64,000 nucleotides of DNA from Hemiscyllium ocellatum (lineage: Eukaryota). Position numbers and translations under genes: made by a program. Location: the NCBI RefSeq assembly GCF_020745735.1, contig NC_083401.1, positions 49,907,740 through 49,971,739 of the forward strand, in the 5' to 3' direction. The notes under the pieces are model-generated. The model ran no database searches. It worked only from the letters and a program-made list of their open reading frames with translations, and had not been told where the DNA came from. This document shows, piece after piece, positions 1 to 11,960 of the stretch (position 1 is the stretch's first letter; every line of letters begins with the position of its first letter).

Positions 1-345
1 CTTCTGGAGGAAAATTATTGATGATGGAACTGAAGATGGTTTGACCTAGAACATTACCCGAAGGAACTCCTGTAGAGATGTTTCAACAACCACCTTCTTA
101 TGTAACCAACCAGCAGAGAGTTTCTCTCCTTCTTACTCTGATTCCCACTGACTTCCACTTTGCCTGAACTCCTTGATGCCACACTTGGTGGAATGCAGAT
201 TTATGTCAAAGGCAGTCACTCCCTCCTTACTTATGGTGTTCTTCACTTCTGCCCATTTTTGAATCAAGGTTATAATAAGGTCAGGAACAGAAAGATGTTG
301 GCAGAACCCAAATTGAACATCTTTGGGCAAAGGGCCTCATGCCTT
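1..345 (-). mobile_element. Fragment of second CR1/L2-type LINE family (RT region)
   Basis: Minus ORF 133-330 resembles degenerate 'GEVRVTALDIKAAFDRVWHQG'; same family as 33320-33830 and 38680-39085. Confidence 0.6.
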
Positions 346-579
346 TTCTAACTTGATCACTAACTGCCTCTCTCTTAATTCCGACACTAATTTGGCAGGC
401 AGCACACTCCTTCCTTAGAATGTTCATCAGCTGCAGTTTTAGACATGTCAGGCATCTTTGCACATATCTAATAATCTTGTATAAATATAGAATGGACACA
501 GCATTCTCTGATTTCTTGGCTATTTAATTTTGTTCATATTACATTTTGATAAGTGACTATTAAATGCTGAAATAAGAAT

Positions 580-895
580 ATAAGAAGATTAGAAATAGGA
601 AGGATGGATCATTTAGCTCTTCAAGCCAACTATAACATTTATCATGATGTTGACTGATCTTTAACCTCAACTCCATTTTCCTGATAAGTTCCCCTATCTC
701 TTTATTTCTTTGGTATCCAAAAATCTATTGACGCCTGTCTTGAAAATAGTCAATAACTGAGCATCTATAACTTCCTAGGATGGAGAATTCCAACCCTTTG
801 AGTCAAGAAATTTCTCAATATCTTAATCCAAATGGACGATCCTTCATTCTGAAACTGCTATCCTGGTTCTCAAATCCACATCCAGGAAACCATCC
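580..895 (-). mobile_element. Old CR1 LINE 3' end
   Basis: Reverse complement matches CR1 C-terminal 'RNFLTQRVGILHP/RVWNSLP' region and 3' UTR ending in a TTCT-type tail. Confidence 0.6.
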
Positions 896-917
896 TCCTT
901 TCCTAATGGCTTGCTGT

Positions 918-1013
918 GTCTCCTGCTCCTCGGATGCTGTCTGACCTGCTGTGCTTTTCCAGTACCACACTCTCAACTCTGATATCCTGCATCTGCAGTC
1001 CTCACTTTCTCCT
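918..1013 (+). mobile_element. PLE family A terminal fragment (downstream of hammerhead)
   Basis: CTCCTGCTCCTCGGATGCTGTCTGACCTGCTGTGCTTTTCCAG...CTGCAGTCCTCACTTTCTCC, the same terminus as the GIY-YIG-bearing copies at 13690 and 18300. Confidence 0.75.
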
Positions 1014-1162
1014 GCATGTTACACTCGTCATTCTCCGAAAACTAACATGTCCCAGTCTTTCATCTTTCATCTTTTAAAAATCTGATTTTGTAAATAACTT
1101 GTTTTTCTCCACCTTAAATTCTACCTGCCACACTTTGCCTATTCATTTACCCAGGAAAAAAA

Positions 1163-1245
1163 CAATGACTGCAGATGCTGGAAACCAGATTCTGGATTAG
1201 TGGTGCTGGAAGAGCACAGCAGTTCAGGCAGCATCCGAGGAGCAA
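1163..1245 (-). mobile_element. PLE family A terminal fragment
   Basis: GACTGCAGATGCTGG...GCACAGCAGTTCAGGCAGCATCCGAGGAGCA, reverse complement of the family A terminus. Confidence 0.7.
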
Positions 1246-1374
1246 CTGCTTTTCTGGAACAATCCAGTAAATCATAACAATTTATCCCTAAACTAACCCA
1301 TTCTTGTTTTTTTTTATCTCCAAGCATTTAGCCTGTTCCCTTTTGAACACAAATTTAAATCTATACCATGGCTA

Positions 1375-1697
1375 AAATTATAGAGGTTTATAAAAGCATG
1401 AAGGGTAGAGATAAGCTTTTTTTACCAGGCTGGGGGAGTCCAAAACTAGACAGCATAGATTTAAAGGGCAAGATTTAAAAGGGACCCGAGGGGTCTTTAT
1501 CAAATGAGCTTCCAGAGGAAACGATAGCAGCGAGTGCAGTTACAACATTTGAAAAACATTTGGACAGATACACGGAAACAAATGGTTTAAAGGGATATGG
1601 GCCAGACACAGGCAAGTGGGGGTAGCTCAGTTGAGCAAACTTGGTTGGCATGGATGAGTTGGGCATAACAGCTTATTTCTGTGCTGTATGACTCTAA
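1375..1697 (+). mobile_element. CR1 (HER1-like) LINE 3' end
   Basis: Closely similar to 11130-11510; 'IEVYK..KGRD' and 'NELPEE..TTFEKHLDRY' remnants; GACTCT tail. Confidence 0.75.
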
Positions 1698-1899
1698 CAA
1701 TTGTTGGCCAAGTTAGCAATGTGTGCATCTGATGATTGAAGAAAAAAATAATCAACATCAATTAAATTTGCAACAAAATGGCAATTAAAGTTGCAACACA
1801 CAAGGAGAGAATTAATTTCCTAGACACCTTCAAGAGGCATAAGACAATAAACATAACTCAGGAATTTTAAAAAAGATGACACACTCTCGGACACTGCGT

Positions 1900-2160
1900 T
1901 ATAAAGTAAGCCATCACCCAAAGCGGGCCTTGCACAAACTATTGAGGTTGCAGCTAATATATTTCCATCATGCATACACAAAGCTGGAATATTTATTTAT
2001 TTACGTAAATATAAAATACCCTGCAAGGACTGTGAAAAACACTACGTAGGACAAATAGGAAGAGGCGATGAAATGTCTGCAGAAAAACACATCAGCTTGC
2101 CGAACCATTCTACAACCATCATCCACAATCCGAGCTACAAACCTTTTTAAAAACTTTGGA
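1900..2160 (+). mobile_element. Degenerate Poseidon/Penelope-type PLE remnant (family C)
   Basis: 2009-2065 reads YKIPCKDCEKHYVGQIGR (GIY-YIG), then jumps to GAAATGTCTGCA...CCGAGCTACAAA...AAACTTTG, shared with 50725-50810. Confidence 0.65.
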
Positions 2161-2911
2161 ACATTTAAACTACACAGTCATTACCCTAAATAGCATACCC
2201 CAGAACTCTACCACAGATTTAATTTTAACAATTGATCTCGTTGATTACAAAAACAACCAAATAATAGCACCCTATCTATATGGCCTTAATCTAGAGATTC
2301 TACACTCATTTTCAAGGAAATGATGACCTTACAAGTTTTGTTTTCAATTTTTCATATCTTCCAGGTTGTTGATTATTCTTTTACCAATAGGTTTAAAATT
2401 ACTCCCCTTCCTCTGCAGCCTTGTGCTCTGTCTACTCATTTGCAGCTTCTTTAGTCTGTCCCCGCCTCATAGTTGCCTCTTCCTAATGCCCTTGAACCTT
2501 GTGTTTTTAGTATCTCAGGGCTTCAAGCTCCTTCTTCTCCCACAGTTGGTGCGGCCTCATTTTCTCCCCTTGCAAACTCCTCGTCATCGCTCCCCAGTGC
2601 CCCCACCCAACTCTGAAGCTGCACTCCCCAAGGATCTCAGCTGCACTTGAAAACTCCTGAGGCTCAGGCTCTTGTGAACAGCATTTCCAGCAGTTCACTC
2701 ATTGTAGTCACTTACCTTCCAAGCGGTGCCTCCAATCACAGTGTCATTCCCTGATGCATGTGACGCAAATAAATTCACTTGTGAACTCACCAACTGTGGG
2801 CAATTGTAGGAGCGAAGCCGCCTTTGATGAGAGGAGTAGTTGTATCTCTCTCACAAATGGAGACAACCTTGGTCTGATTTGTCATCCAGGAGAATGGTGC
2901 CAGGTAAAAAC

Positions 2912-3034
2912 AAGGACTGCAGATGCTGGAAACCAGGGTCTAGATCAGAGTGGTGCTGGAAAAGCACAGCAGGTCAGGCAACATCCAAGGAGCAGGAAAA
3001 TCGATGTTTCGGGCAAAAACCCTTCATCGGGAAT
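2912..3034 (-). mobile_element. PLE family A terminus with mutated hammerhead core
   Basis: Reverse complement ATTCCCGATGAAGGGTTTTTGCCCGAAACATCGATTTTC at 2996-3034 (CTGATGA changed to CCGATGA). Confidence 0.75.
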
Positions 3035-3349
3035 GGTGCTGCCTTGCTCTCCCTTGATAACTCCACAAGGCGCACAGGCACCACACTTAGCTCTGTGTAC
3101 CCTCTCCCAGGCCCTGGTATGCACCAGCCTTGTGTCTAAGGTTAGCAGTCTTATTTGTCAAGACACAAGGTGTAGAAAATGGTTGCTTGCCAGGAGACTC
3201 AGGATCGGCAAGGGGATGAAGTGGGGTTGGGAGATGGGGGTGATGAACTTACTTGAATACAGCAAGGAGTGGAAAGGGAAAGGATCTAAGCTTTGTGATG
3301 TTTCGGTTGTAGAAAATAAAAGTTTTATGCGACAAATCCAGTAGAATGC

Positions 3350-3540
3350 ATGTTCACATATCTACCTTCAATGCCACTAGGATAAAATCCCGGAACTTTC
3401 TCCCTAACAGTCTTATGGTGTACCTACATCAAAAGGACTACAGTCATTCAAAAAGGCAGCTCACCACCACCTTCTCAAGAGCAACTAGGGATGACCATTT
3501 GCCAGAGACACCTACATCCCATGAATGAATACAAGAAAAT
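3350..3540 (+). mobile_element. 3' end of second CR1/L2-type LINE
   Basis: 'KSRNFLPNS' remnant followed by TTCAAAAAGGCAGCTCACCACCACCTTCTCAAG...CATCCCATGAATGAATA tail. Confidence 0.65.
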
Positions 3541-4177
3541 GGTGGAATACCTATGGCTCAGAAACACCCAATTTTCCTGCAACTGAAAAGGGAAAACAAC
3601 AAAAAGTAGTTCTTAACAGTGCATAATACAGGCCATAATGTAACAGCAGGCAGCACCAGAAGTCAATGTTGCTTAAGAAGCAACCATCCAAGGAAGGAAT
3701 GGTAGAAGAATGGCAGTGGTATTAACTACAAAGTTATGGTCACAATGCATAGCCTCCCTCTTTGCCTATTACACTCTTTCACATCCTACAAATAGTTACA
3801 GTATTGTCAGCTGATGGCAGCTGCATCAATGAAAAGCCTTTCCATTGTGCAATTGGATTTTTATGCAGGCCACCAACACTCTGATTTTCATTTGAAATTT
3901 TGTGGAAAACAGGAAACAGCAAGAATATGGAAACCCAGAGTGTGCCAAATCTCCCGTTGGAAACAACACACTGCAGCTCAAATTCTGTCCATTGTATGGC
4001 ACATCAAATGTGTTTTGAAAATCCAATTGTACTAATTTCATTTGTCTTATTTACCTTGATATTTACAATCTCAAAATACATTCAAAGCTTTTTCAAACAG
4101 GATTCTCTTGTGTAAATCTGTGTTGAACAGGTACAGGAACAACTTCTTCCTGGCTGTTCTTGATGTGTGGACTGGGT

Positions 4178-4382
4178 GAAAGTGAGGACTGCAGAGAAAA
4201 AAGTCAAGATTAGAGTGGTGCTAGAAAAGTACAGCTGGTCAGGCAGCATCCGAAGAGCAGGAAAATCAACATTTCGGGCAAAAGCCCTTCCTGATGAAGG
4301 GCTTTTGCCTGGAACGTCGATTTTCCTGCTCCTTGGATACTGCTTGACTTGCTGTGCTTTTCCAGCACCGCTCTAATCTTGA
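4178..4382. mobile_element. PLE family A fold-back palindrome (179-bp inverted repeat 4204-4382) centred on a hammerhead core
   Basis: TCAAGATTAGAGTGGTGC... mirrors ...GCACCGCTCTAATCTTGA; centre GCCCTTC-CTGAT-GAAGGGC with axis at 4293. Confidence 0.85.
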
Positions 4383-4394
4383 TAGTAAAACGTC

Positions 4395-4581
4395 TAACCT
4401 CAAATAATGCTGACCTTGCTAACATTGCTCTCACCGAGTGCATGCACTTTACAATGTAACCTGTATGTCTCTGTCTAAATCTTTCTGATCTGTATATTCT
4501 TGCTTAATTTGATCTGCCTCTACCACTCCTAAACAAAGCTTTTCACTGGACTTCCATATATGGACAATAAGTCAATCAATA
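4395..4581 (+). mobile_element. Probable Rex1/Babar-type LINE 3' end
   Basis: AAAGCTTTTCACTG...GACAATAAGTCAATCAATA resembles the Rex1 3' terminus (recognised from memory). Confidence 0.4.
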
Positions 4582-4934
4582 TCCACACTACTATAATTGT
4601 AATATAGATCCCTAATAATAGATTCTAGTCCAGTTCCATACCACTAATGTCAGTCTGTAATTCCCAACTTCCTCATTTCTTATATTCTTGTGTAGCAGCA
4701 TTATGTTACCTTACAATCAGCAGAGACAATTCTCAAATCTAAGAAATTCTGGAAGGTGAAAACATCTTCAACTTTTTCCATAGCCATCACTCTTAAAATC
4801 CCAAAATGTAGACTTAGATCCAAGAAGTTTAGTGGCTTTTAGTCACCTTAATTTCTCTCATACTATTTCTTTACTGTTATAAATTTAATTTGAGATTCGG
4901 TAGAAGAGATGGATTAATGACAAGCGTATTCCTC

Positions 4935-5150
4935 GCTGGATTGGTTCCAGAGCAGATCGGGATGTGAGAATTTCTTCAGTCTTTCTTCTTTACACCTGAA
5001 ATCAGTCGTGTTCCTGAATGCATTCCTGAGGCATTCAAGTGGGTATTGGGTGCTTATTTGGATAGGAATGTGGAAAAGGGAAATGGGGAAAAGGCAGGAG
5101 ATTAGCATGATGGACTGAACAGCCTCTTCCTAATTCATGACAAGTCTGTG
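4935..5150 (+). mobile_element. Old CR1 3' end
   Basis: GCATTCAAG...TATTTGGATAGG...GATGGACTGAACAGCCTCTTCC...TGTGACTCT. Confidence 0.5.
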
Positions 5151-5371
5151 ACTCTCCATTGTAATGTCCAAAAGTGAGTATCAGGCTATTCCATTGTGGA
5201 TATCACAAATCTGATTTTGACATATACACTTGTGTTTATTCAAATACATTTTCTACCAGAGTCAAACAGATTGATTTTTCATTTCCTGAGACAAGACTGT
5301 CTGCGGACAACAGTATTATCTTATCCTGATTCTGTATCACATTACATGTGTAAGAATTACATTTCTGACAT

Positions 5372-5622
5372 TGACTGAACTATAAATATCAGCCAGGAGA
5401 ATCACTTCCCTGCTCCTATTGAAAACAATGGTATTGAATCGTTTATATCAATTAGAGTTAACAGATAGGACTTCAGCTTAATGCATCACTGAAAAATGAC
5501 AGTTCGAACAGTACAACAATCCCTCAGTACTATACTGAGGCTCAGCCTTGATTTTGTGTTCAAGCTTTGGAGTTGGATTGAACCCAAAACTTAGAAATGA
5601 GTGTACTACCCACTGAGCTACA
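5372..5622 (-). mobile_element. Deu-SINE (SacSINE1-like), 5' half
   Basis: Reverse complement begins TAGCTCAGTGGGTAG (A box)...GGGTTCAATCC (B box)...GTACTGAGGGA; similar to 24362-24770. Confidence 0.55.
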
Positions 5623-6309
5623 TGCTGACACTTAGCTTTTCATTGAACCATTTTGTGTTCCAATTGTAATATAACAATAGGATTCAATGCCTCAGCTTTC
5701 TTGTTTTCAGTTACATTAAAGTATAAAAGGACTGCATATTCATTGTAACCTTGGATTTCAGAATGATTTAAACATCGCACAATGTAGGTATACATAAAAT
5801 AAACCAGATTTATTATTTGTTATTAGTTACACTTCGCATGATTTACAATTTCTAGATGCAATGAGGTGTTGTGCTCTTATATATTTTCATAAAACACCAC
5901 ATATGTTTTCTTTTAATCCCTCTTTAAGTAACAGAATTGATTTTCAAGGCTGTTGATTATGTTTAGATAATTCACAACAATATTAATGTTACACAGGCAA
6001 TAATCAACTTTCTAGAAGGATTATGTTTATTTCAATACACAACAAAGCATTAGAAATCAAATCTTCCAGTTTGAAATGTTGCCATGGCACTGATATATCC
6101 TTTTATAATTAAAGTCCAGGATTGGCATTTCCAATTTGCCTGAAAATAGTATAATCCACATAAAGATTGTCAAATTTTAAACACAAATCACATTCTGCAT
6201 GACTAGTTTCTGCAATCTTGTGTGCTGGAAGCTGGCCCCCTCCACAACGCTTGACAGTAGATGAATTTCCAGGATGAATTTGTCACCATTGACAGTTTCT
6301 GCTAATTGA

Positions 6310-7185
6310 GCTCATTTGTTGACCTCCCAATTTGAAGTTCACTTGCCAGCCTTTCTAATGCATCCTTTTTTTTAAATGTCTATCTAGTGCCTGCATTACC
6401 ATCTTCTTTGCTTTGGCAAGATGACTTTGGCAACATCTCCCTTCCTTGGTAAGACAAGTGCAAAGTAATCATGTATTATTTCAGCCATACTTTCTACATT
6501 CATTTGTAAATCCCTGACCTGGTTCCTAATCAATCCTACTCTTCATATTACTGCTGTTTTACTACTTATATTCTTAGAAATGATGTTTGGACTCTCTTTT
6601 ACAATTAAACCTATCACTTCTTATATACATTTTTTTTTTCTCATTCCTTTTTCTCCTGCTTTTGAGTTTCCTGGTTATCTATCTTTCATATATACACTTC
6701 TCTTCTGCTTCAACTTACTCTCTATCTCTTCTGTCATTCTGGGAGCTCTGGATTTTGTCTGCTTGCATTTTCCCCTTTAGTGAATGTACCTTGAATCCTG
6801 AATCATCTCCTCTTTAAGGATTTTGTTTTAGTTTTACTTGCTAATCTTTTATTTCAATTTCACTGTGCCAGATCTGGCCTCAGTAGGCCGTCCTTAAATT
6901 CAATATTTTTACTCCAGATTGCTCTCTGTTTTTATTTCATGGCTAATCTAAACTTCTTGCTACAATCGTCACAGTTCCCTGAATGAATACGCATTGATAG
7001 TTGATCCATCGTATTCCCCAGAATCAGATCCATCAATGCCTCCTCTCCTTGTTGGGTCAGAAACATCCTGATTAAGAAAGCTCCCCTCATTGTAAACGAG
7101 AAACTCTTTTCCTTCTCTGCTTTTTCCATTATTACTATTCTAGTCTATACTCACATAATTAAAATTCACCATTTTCATAATATTG
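6310..7185 (-). mobile_element. Old fragmented CR1 ORF2 (endonuclease-linker)
   Basis: Minus ORF 6932-7129 has 'EEALMDLILGN' (CR1 AILDLVLGN motif); 'GDFN'-like remnant near 7160-7170. Confidence 0.55.
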
Positions 7186-7398
7186 GGGTCCTTATTTATG
7201 AACGTCTGATTTACGAACATTTGTACTTAGGAGTGCGGTCCTATACAAGGTTATAATTTTAACGACCGGACATACAAACACTTCCTACACTTGGGAACAG
7301 CTGTTTTCCATTTTCCTGAATTGTGTTCTGACTTGTGTACAATTCAGCTGATGAACGGACTTCAGAACAGAACCTGTTCACAACCAGGGGACTGCCTG
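7185..7398. mobile_element. Tigger/pogo-type (Tc1-mariner) MITE
   Basis: Right end GTTCACAACCAGGGGACTGCCTG followed by TA; left end GGGGTCCTTATTTATGAAC with internal (TTAC)GAAC sub-terminal repeats. Confidence 0.55.
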
Positions 7399-7489
7399 TA
7401 GTTCTAAACTATATTTACGTGATCTGAGGACTGGATATCAGAAAAGAAAAGGACATTTTCACATTGGCAGCAATAATTAACTCCTCTCC

Positions 7490-8160
7490 TGTGTCCAGAA
7501 TGTATGTCTGTCATCTACAAGGCACAATTCATGCATATGATGGAATACTATCCACTTGCCTGGATCAGTATGGTCCATTGACTCTCAAGAAAATGGTAAG
7601 GCAGCGCAATTGACTGGCACCACATCTACCACCTTCAATATTCACTCACTTGCCCACTGACACTCAGTAGTAGCAGTATGTACCATCTACAAGATGCACT
7701 CCTTTGAGAGAACCTTCTGAACCTGGAGCTCTGCTATCTAGAAGGAAAAGGGCAACAGATGCAAGGGAACACTGCCATTGCAAGCCCCTTGCCATCCTGA
7801 CGTGAAACATAAAAATGTATAAAGTGGAACAGAAATAGGCCATTGAGTCCTCAAGCTACTCTGCTGTTTGATATGACCGTGGTTGATCATCCAGTGCAGA
7901 ACCCTGTTCTCGTTTTCTCTCCATGCTCCTGCATCCCTTTCACCCTGAGAGCTATATAAAACTCTTGATTGAAAAACATTGGACTTGGAAATCCATCACC
8001 ATTCCTTCACTGTCACTGAGTGAAAATCCTGGAACTCCCATCCTAACTTCATGATGGGTGTGCATTCAAGAAGACAGCTCATCAACACCTTCTCCAGGAC
8101 CATTAGGAATGGTTAATAAATATTGGTCTTGCCAGCAACACACACATGCCAGAAATAACT
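7490..8160 (+). mobile_element. Second-family LINE 3' part, interrupted by a CR1 3' end (~7815-7985, minus)
   Basis: 'IYKAQ..MMEYYPLAWIS' and 'AVCTIYKMH' motifs, plus tail AATAAATATTGGTCTTGCCAGC. Confidence 0.65.
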
Positions 8161-8834
8161 GCTATGGATGCTGGTATACTGAGCCAGAATGAGCTCACTT
8201 TTACCAGAAAGGCCACATTCATCCTCCAATGGAAAAGCATCAGCTTTTCTGTAACAGGTGGTCTTGTTCAGTTCAGCAGCTGTTGAGTAACTGTCCTGCT
8301 ATCTGTTACAGTGTTTTCCATCAGCCCAGGGCTACCAGCCGCAGTCAGAGGACCCACAATTATTCAAGTACAATTGCTCTCAGAGAATGCAATCTGTTGC
8401 AGTTCCTTTAAACGTTTTACCATCTGTTTCGGCATCATTAAATCAAGGAATTACCAATATGTACAATCTATATGATAGTTCTGACTTAACATTTGGTAAA
8501 CTTCCATTTGTTTCCTCCACTTTTAAACAATCTGCTCAATCTATTTCTTCTGTTGTCGGAATTCTGATGCTTCCAGTCCTTGCAACATAAAACTGTATGA
8601 TTTGAATCAGACTCTGGGGCCTAAATTCATTGCAAAGTCAGGTTGGATGATTTTTGTTTTCTACTGATGGTTATTAAAATGCAGAATAGTTTACTGTAAC
8701 TGGCCATTGAGGCTAACGTCGCCAGGAAATGTCACCAACTGCATAAGCACAAGCTTTGGGTTTTTGAAGGTGAGTGGTGGTTGGTGTCACTGTTTGCTGA
8801 GCAGACACCGTATGTAACACATTTCAGGAGGTGG

Positions 8835-9810
8835 CCACACCACACTTCAGGTGTAAATAGGCAGCAAAGAAATAGGTAACAGCCAAGCAATCTAAGAGAA
8901 GCAGGCAGCAGCGCAGGAGTTCCCGGTCTCTATTGTGCATGTTCTTTAGTATTCCGATTTTGGATATTGTTGAAGGCAATAGCTCCTCAGAGTCAGGCTG
9001 AGCCAAATTTAGTGGCACCACAAGTGGCTGCACTGCACAGAGATGGTGGGGAGGAAAAAGAATAGAAAAGCAATAGTGACATGAGATTCCATAGCAGTGG
9101 ATGGGACAGGTGTTTCTGAGGTTACTCCAGGACAGTATGTCGCCTTCCTGATGTTAGGGTTAAGAATGGTTATGCGATGGCTGTAGTATATTCTTCTGGA
9201 AAAGAATAATCGCCAGTTACTTATGGGGATAAGGTCCTGGAAGTTGCTTTCAGGAAGTGAGCAAGGTGATTGAAAGACAGGGCCTCCAAAACTGTAATCT
9301 TAATTACTCCCAGTCTGACACAAGCTAGTGACCACAGCGGAGGAATTGAACAATTGAGCATGTGGCTGGAGAACTGGAATCAGAAGGTAGACATCAGATT
9401 TTGATCACTGGGACAGGTTCTCGAGACGATCGATCCCGACAATCTACACCAGAACAGGACCAGAATAAATATTGTTGCAGGAAGCTATGCTAGTGCTGTT
9501 TGGGAGGTTTAAAAGTGGATTGACAGGGGAATTTGAACCTGAGATAGAAACTTAGTGAGTGGCTCTGGAAGACAGAGGAGGCAGAGGCTAAAAAATATAC
9601 AGCACAGAAGGAATATATGTAAACATAAGGCGCATAGTTAACAAAGTCAATGGATTGAAGGCTCAGAGGCACTTGTTGATGTGATATCATTACCATAACA
9701 GAAACTTGGCTTAATGAAGGGCATAGATGGCAACTCAGTATCCCTGGAAAAAGAGGTTTTTTGGGCAGGATAGAGAAGGGAATTAAGAAAAAGGTGGGAC
9801 TGTAGCATTT
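8835..9810 (+). mobile_element. Old CR1 5' part (ORF1 esterase remnant and ORF2 start); resumes at ~11978-12085
   Basis: 'DSIA', 'VCRLPDVRVKN', 'TVILIT', 'DIITITETWL' remnants typical of the CR1 ORF1 SGNH domain and APE start. Confidence 0.6.
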
Positions 9811-10024
9811 AAGGGGAGGGTGCTGGTTTGTTTTTATTTATTCATGAGACTAAGGCCTTGCTGATGGGCCAGCATTTGTTGTTTGTTCTTAGCTGCCTTT
9901 GAACTGAATGCTTGCTAGGCAGTTGAGAGTCAATAATGTCGCTGTGAATCTGGAGTCACATGTAGGCCAGATCACATGGGAATGGCAGATTTCCTTCCCT
10001 GTAGGACATTGATGAGGCAGGTAT

Positions 10025-10150
10025 GATTTGGAGGTGCTGGTGTTGGACTAGGGTGGACAAAGTTAAAAATCACACAACACCAGGTTATAGCCTAAGAAGT
10101 TTATTTTGGAAGCACTAGCTTTCGGAGTGATGCTCCTTCATCAGGTGGCT
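10025..10150 (-). mobile_element. PLE family B terminal fragment
   Basis: Near-identical to 53332-53434; carries a complete hammerhead; PLE assignment rests on the hammerhead architecture, as no coding part is present. Confidence 0.65.
10113..10147 (-). ncRNA. Minimal type I hammerhead ribozyme (core intact)
   Basis: Reverse complement CAC-CTGATGA-A-GGAG-CATCA-CTCC-GAAA-GCTA^GTG: stem I CAC/GTG, stem II GGAG/CTCC, palindromic AGCT stem III. Confidence 0.8.
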
Positions 10151-10234
10151 GTTTGCTGATAATCTTTTTTCTGACAATGATTTCATGGTCATTCTTGACA
10201 AAGAATGATACTTAATTCAGTTTTTTTTAATCCA

Positions 10235-11512
10235 ACTGTTTGTGCGGGAAATCATGTCTCGCGAACTTGATTGAATATTTTGAAGCAGTAATGAAGAGGA
10301 TTGATAAGGGCAGAGAAGTGGATGTGATCTATATGGACTTCAGTAAGGCCTTTGACAAGGTTCCTCATGATAGACTGGTTAGCAAGTTTAGATCTCATGG
10401 AATACAGGGAAAACTCGCCATTTGGATACAGAACTGGCTGAAAGGTAGAAGACAGAGGGTGGTGGTGCAAGGCTGCTTTTCAGACTAGAGGCTTGTAACC
10501 GGAAGTGTGCCATAACAATCGGTGCTGGGTCCACTACGTTTTGTCAGATATATAAATAATTTGGATGTGAACATAGGAGGTATAGTTAGTAAGTTTGCAG
10601 ATGACACCAAAATTGGAGGTGTAGCGAAGCAAGTTACCTCAGAGTACAACAGGATCCTGATCAGGTGGGCCAATGGACTGAGAAGTGATAAATGGAGTTT
10701 AATTTAGATAAATGTGAGGTGCTGAATTTTGGAAAAGCAAATCAGAGCAGCACTTACACAATTAATGGTAAGGTCCCAGGGAATATTACTGAACAAAGGG
10801 GTCTTGAAGTGCAAGTTCATAGTTTCTTGAAAGTGAAGTTGCAGGTAGATGGAATAATGAAGAAGGTTTGGTGTGCTTTCCTTTATTGATCAGAATATTG
10901 AGTATAGGAGTTGGGGGGTCATGTTGTGGCTGTACAGGATGTTGGTTAGACCACTTTTGGAATATTGCATGCAGTTCTGGTTTCCTTCTTATCGGAAGGA
11001 TGGTGTGAAACTTGAAAGGATTCAGAAAAGATTTACAAAGATGTTGCCAGGATTGGAGGATTTGAGCTTCAGGGAGAGGCTGAATAGATTGAGGTTGTTT
11101 CACCTGGAGCATTGGAGGTTGAGGGGTGACCTTATAAAGGTTTACAAAATTATGAGGGGCATGCATAGGGTAAATAGACAAGGTCTTTTCCCTAAGGTGG
11201 GAGAGTCCACAACTAGAGACCATAGACTTATGGTGAGAGGGGAAAGAATTAAAAGGGACCTACAGGGCAACTTTTTCACACAAAGGGTGGTACACGTATG
11301 GGATGAATTGACAGAGGTCATGTTGGAAACTGATACATTTACAACATTTAAATGGCATCCGAATGGGTATACGAATAAGAAGGGTCTGTTGGGATACTGG
11401 CCAAGTGCTGGCAAATGGGACTAAATTAGGTTAGGCTATCTGGTCAGCATGGACTAGTTGGACTGAAGGGTCTGTTTCCATGCTGTACATCTCTTTGACT
11501 CTCTGACTCTAT
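10235..11512 (+). mobile_element. 5'-truncated CR1 (HER1-like) LINE, RT to 3' UTR
   Basis: ORFs 10240, 10522, 10873: 'VDVIYMDFSKAFDKVPH', 'SKFADDTKIGG', 'LVRPLLEYCMQFW', 'FFTQRVVHVWDEL'; (GACTCT)n tail. Confidence 0.9.
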
Positions 11513-11597
11513 GATTCAAACCCAGGTTCCCAGAACATTAGCTGAGTTTCTAGTTTAATAGTCTAGCAATAATACCACTAACCTATTGCCTCCCCAG

Positions 11598-11960
11598 CAT
11601 GTCATGGTGTCGTATTGGTATTGTCATTATTTTCTGGAGCCTCAGGCTAATGTTCTGGGGACATGGGTTGGAGTTCCACCATGAGGGATGATGAAACTTG
11701 AATTCAATAAAATAAAAGGTAGCTTAATGGTGACAATTGGTAGCAATTTCAATTGCTGTAAATATTCATCTAGTTCAATAATAGTTTTTATGGAAAACAG
11801 TCTTTACGTGGTCTCAGCCCTTACCTGGGACTCCATACCCACAGCTGTGTGGTTGATTCTTAACTACCCTCTAAATGGATCTCGTCAGCCAGTCAGTTCA
11901 AGCAGCAACTTGGGCTGGGGCAATAAATGTAGTCTAGCTAGTGAAACCCAGATCTGATTA
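11598..11960 (+). mobile_element. tRNA-type SINE (second-LINE partner)
   Basis: Similar to 35275-35605 and 48490-48780; ends GGGCAATAAATG. Confidence 0.6.

Larger units (their letters stand above)
9830..11595 (-). mobile_element. tRNA-type SINE (second-LINE partner) split by a PLE fragment and a CR1
   Basis: Tail 9830-10022, middle 10155-10230, head 11513-11595 (reverse complement GGGGAGGCAATAGGTTAGTGG...CCTGGGTTTGAATC). Confidence 0.6.

Noticed and set aside
2754-3344. 196-aa ORF
   Set aside because: It reads through a PLE terminus in antisense and has no recognisable domain; chance ORF.
8229-8590. Coding-like stretch
   Set aside because: Minus frames have multiple stops and the plus ORFs have no recognisable motif.
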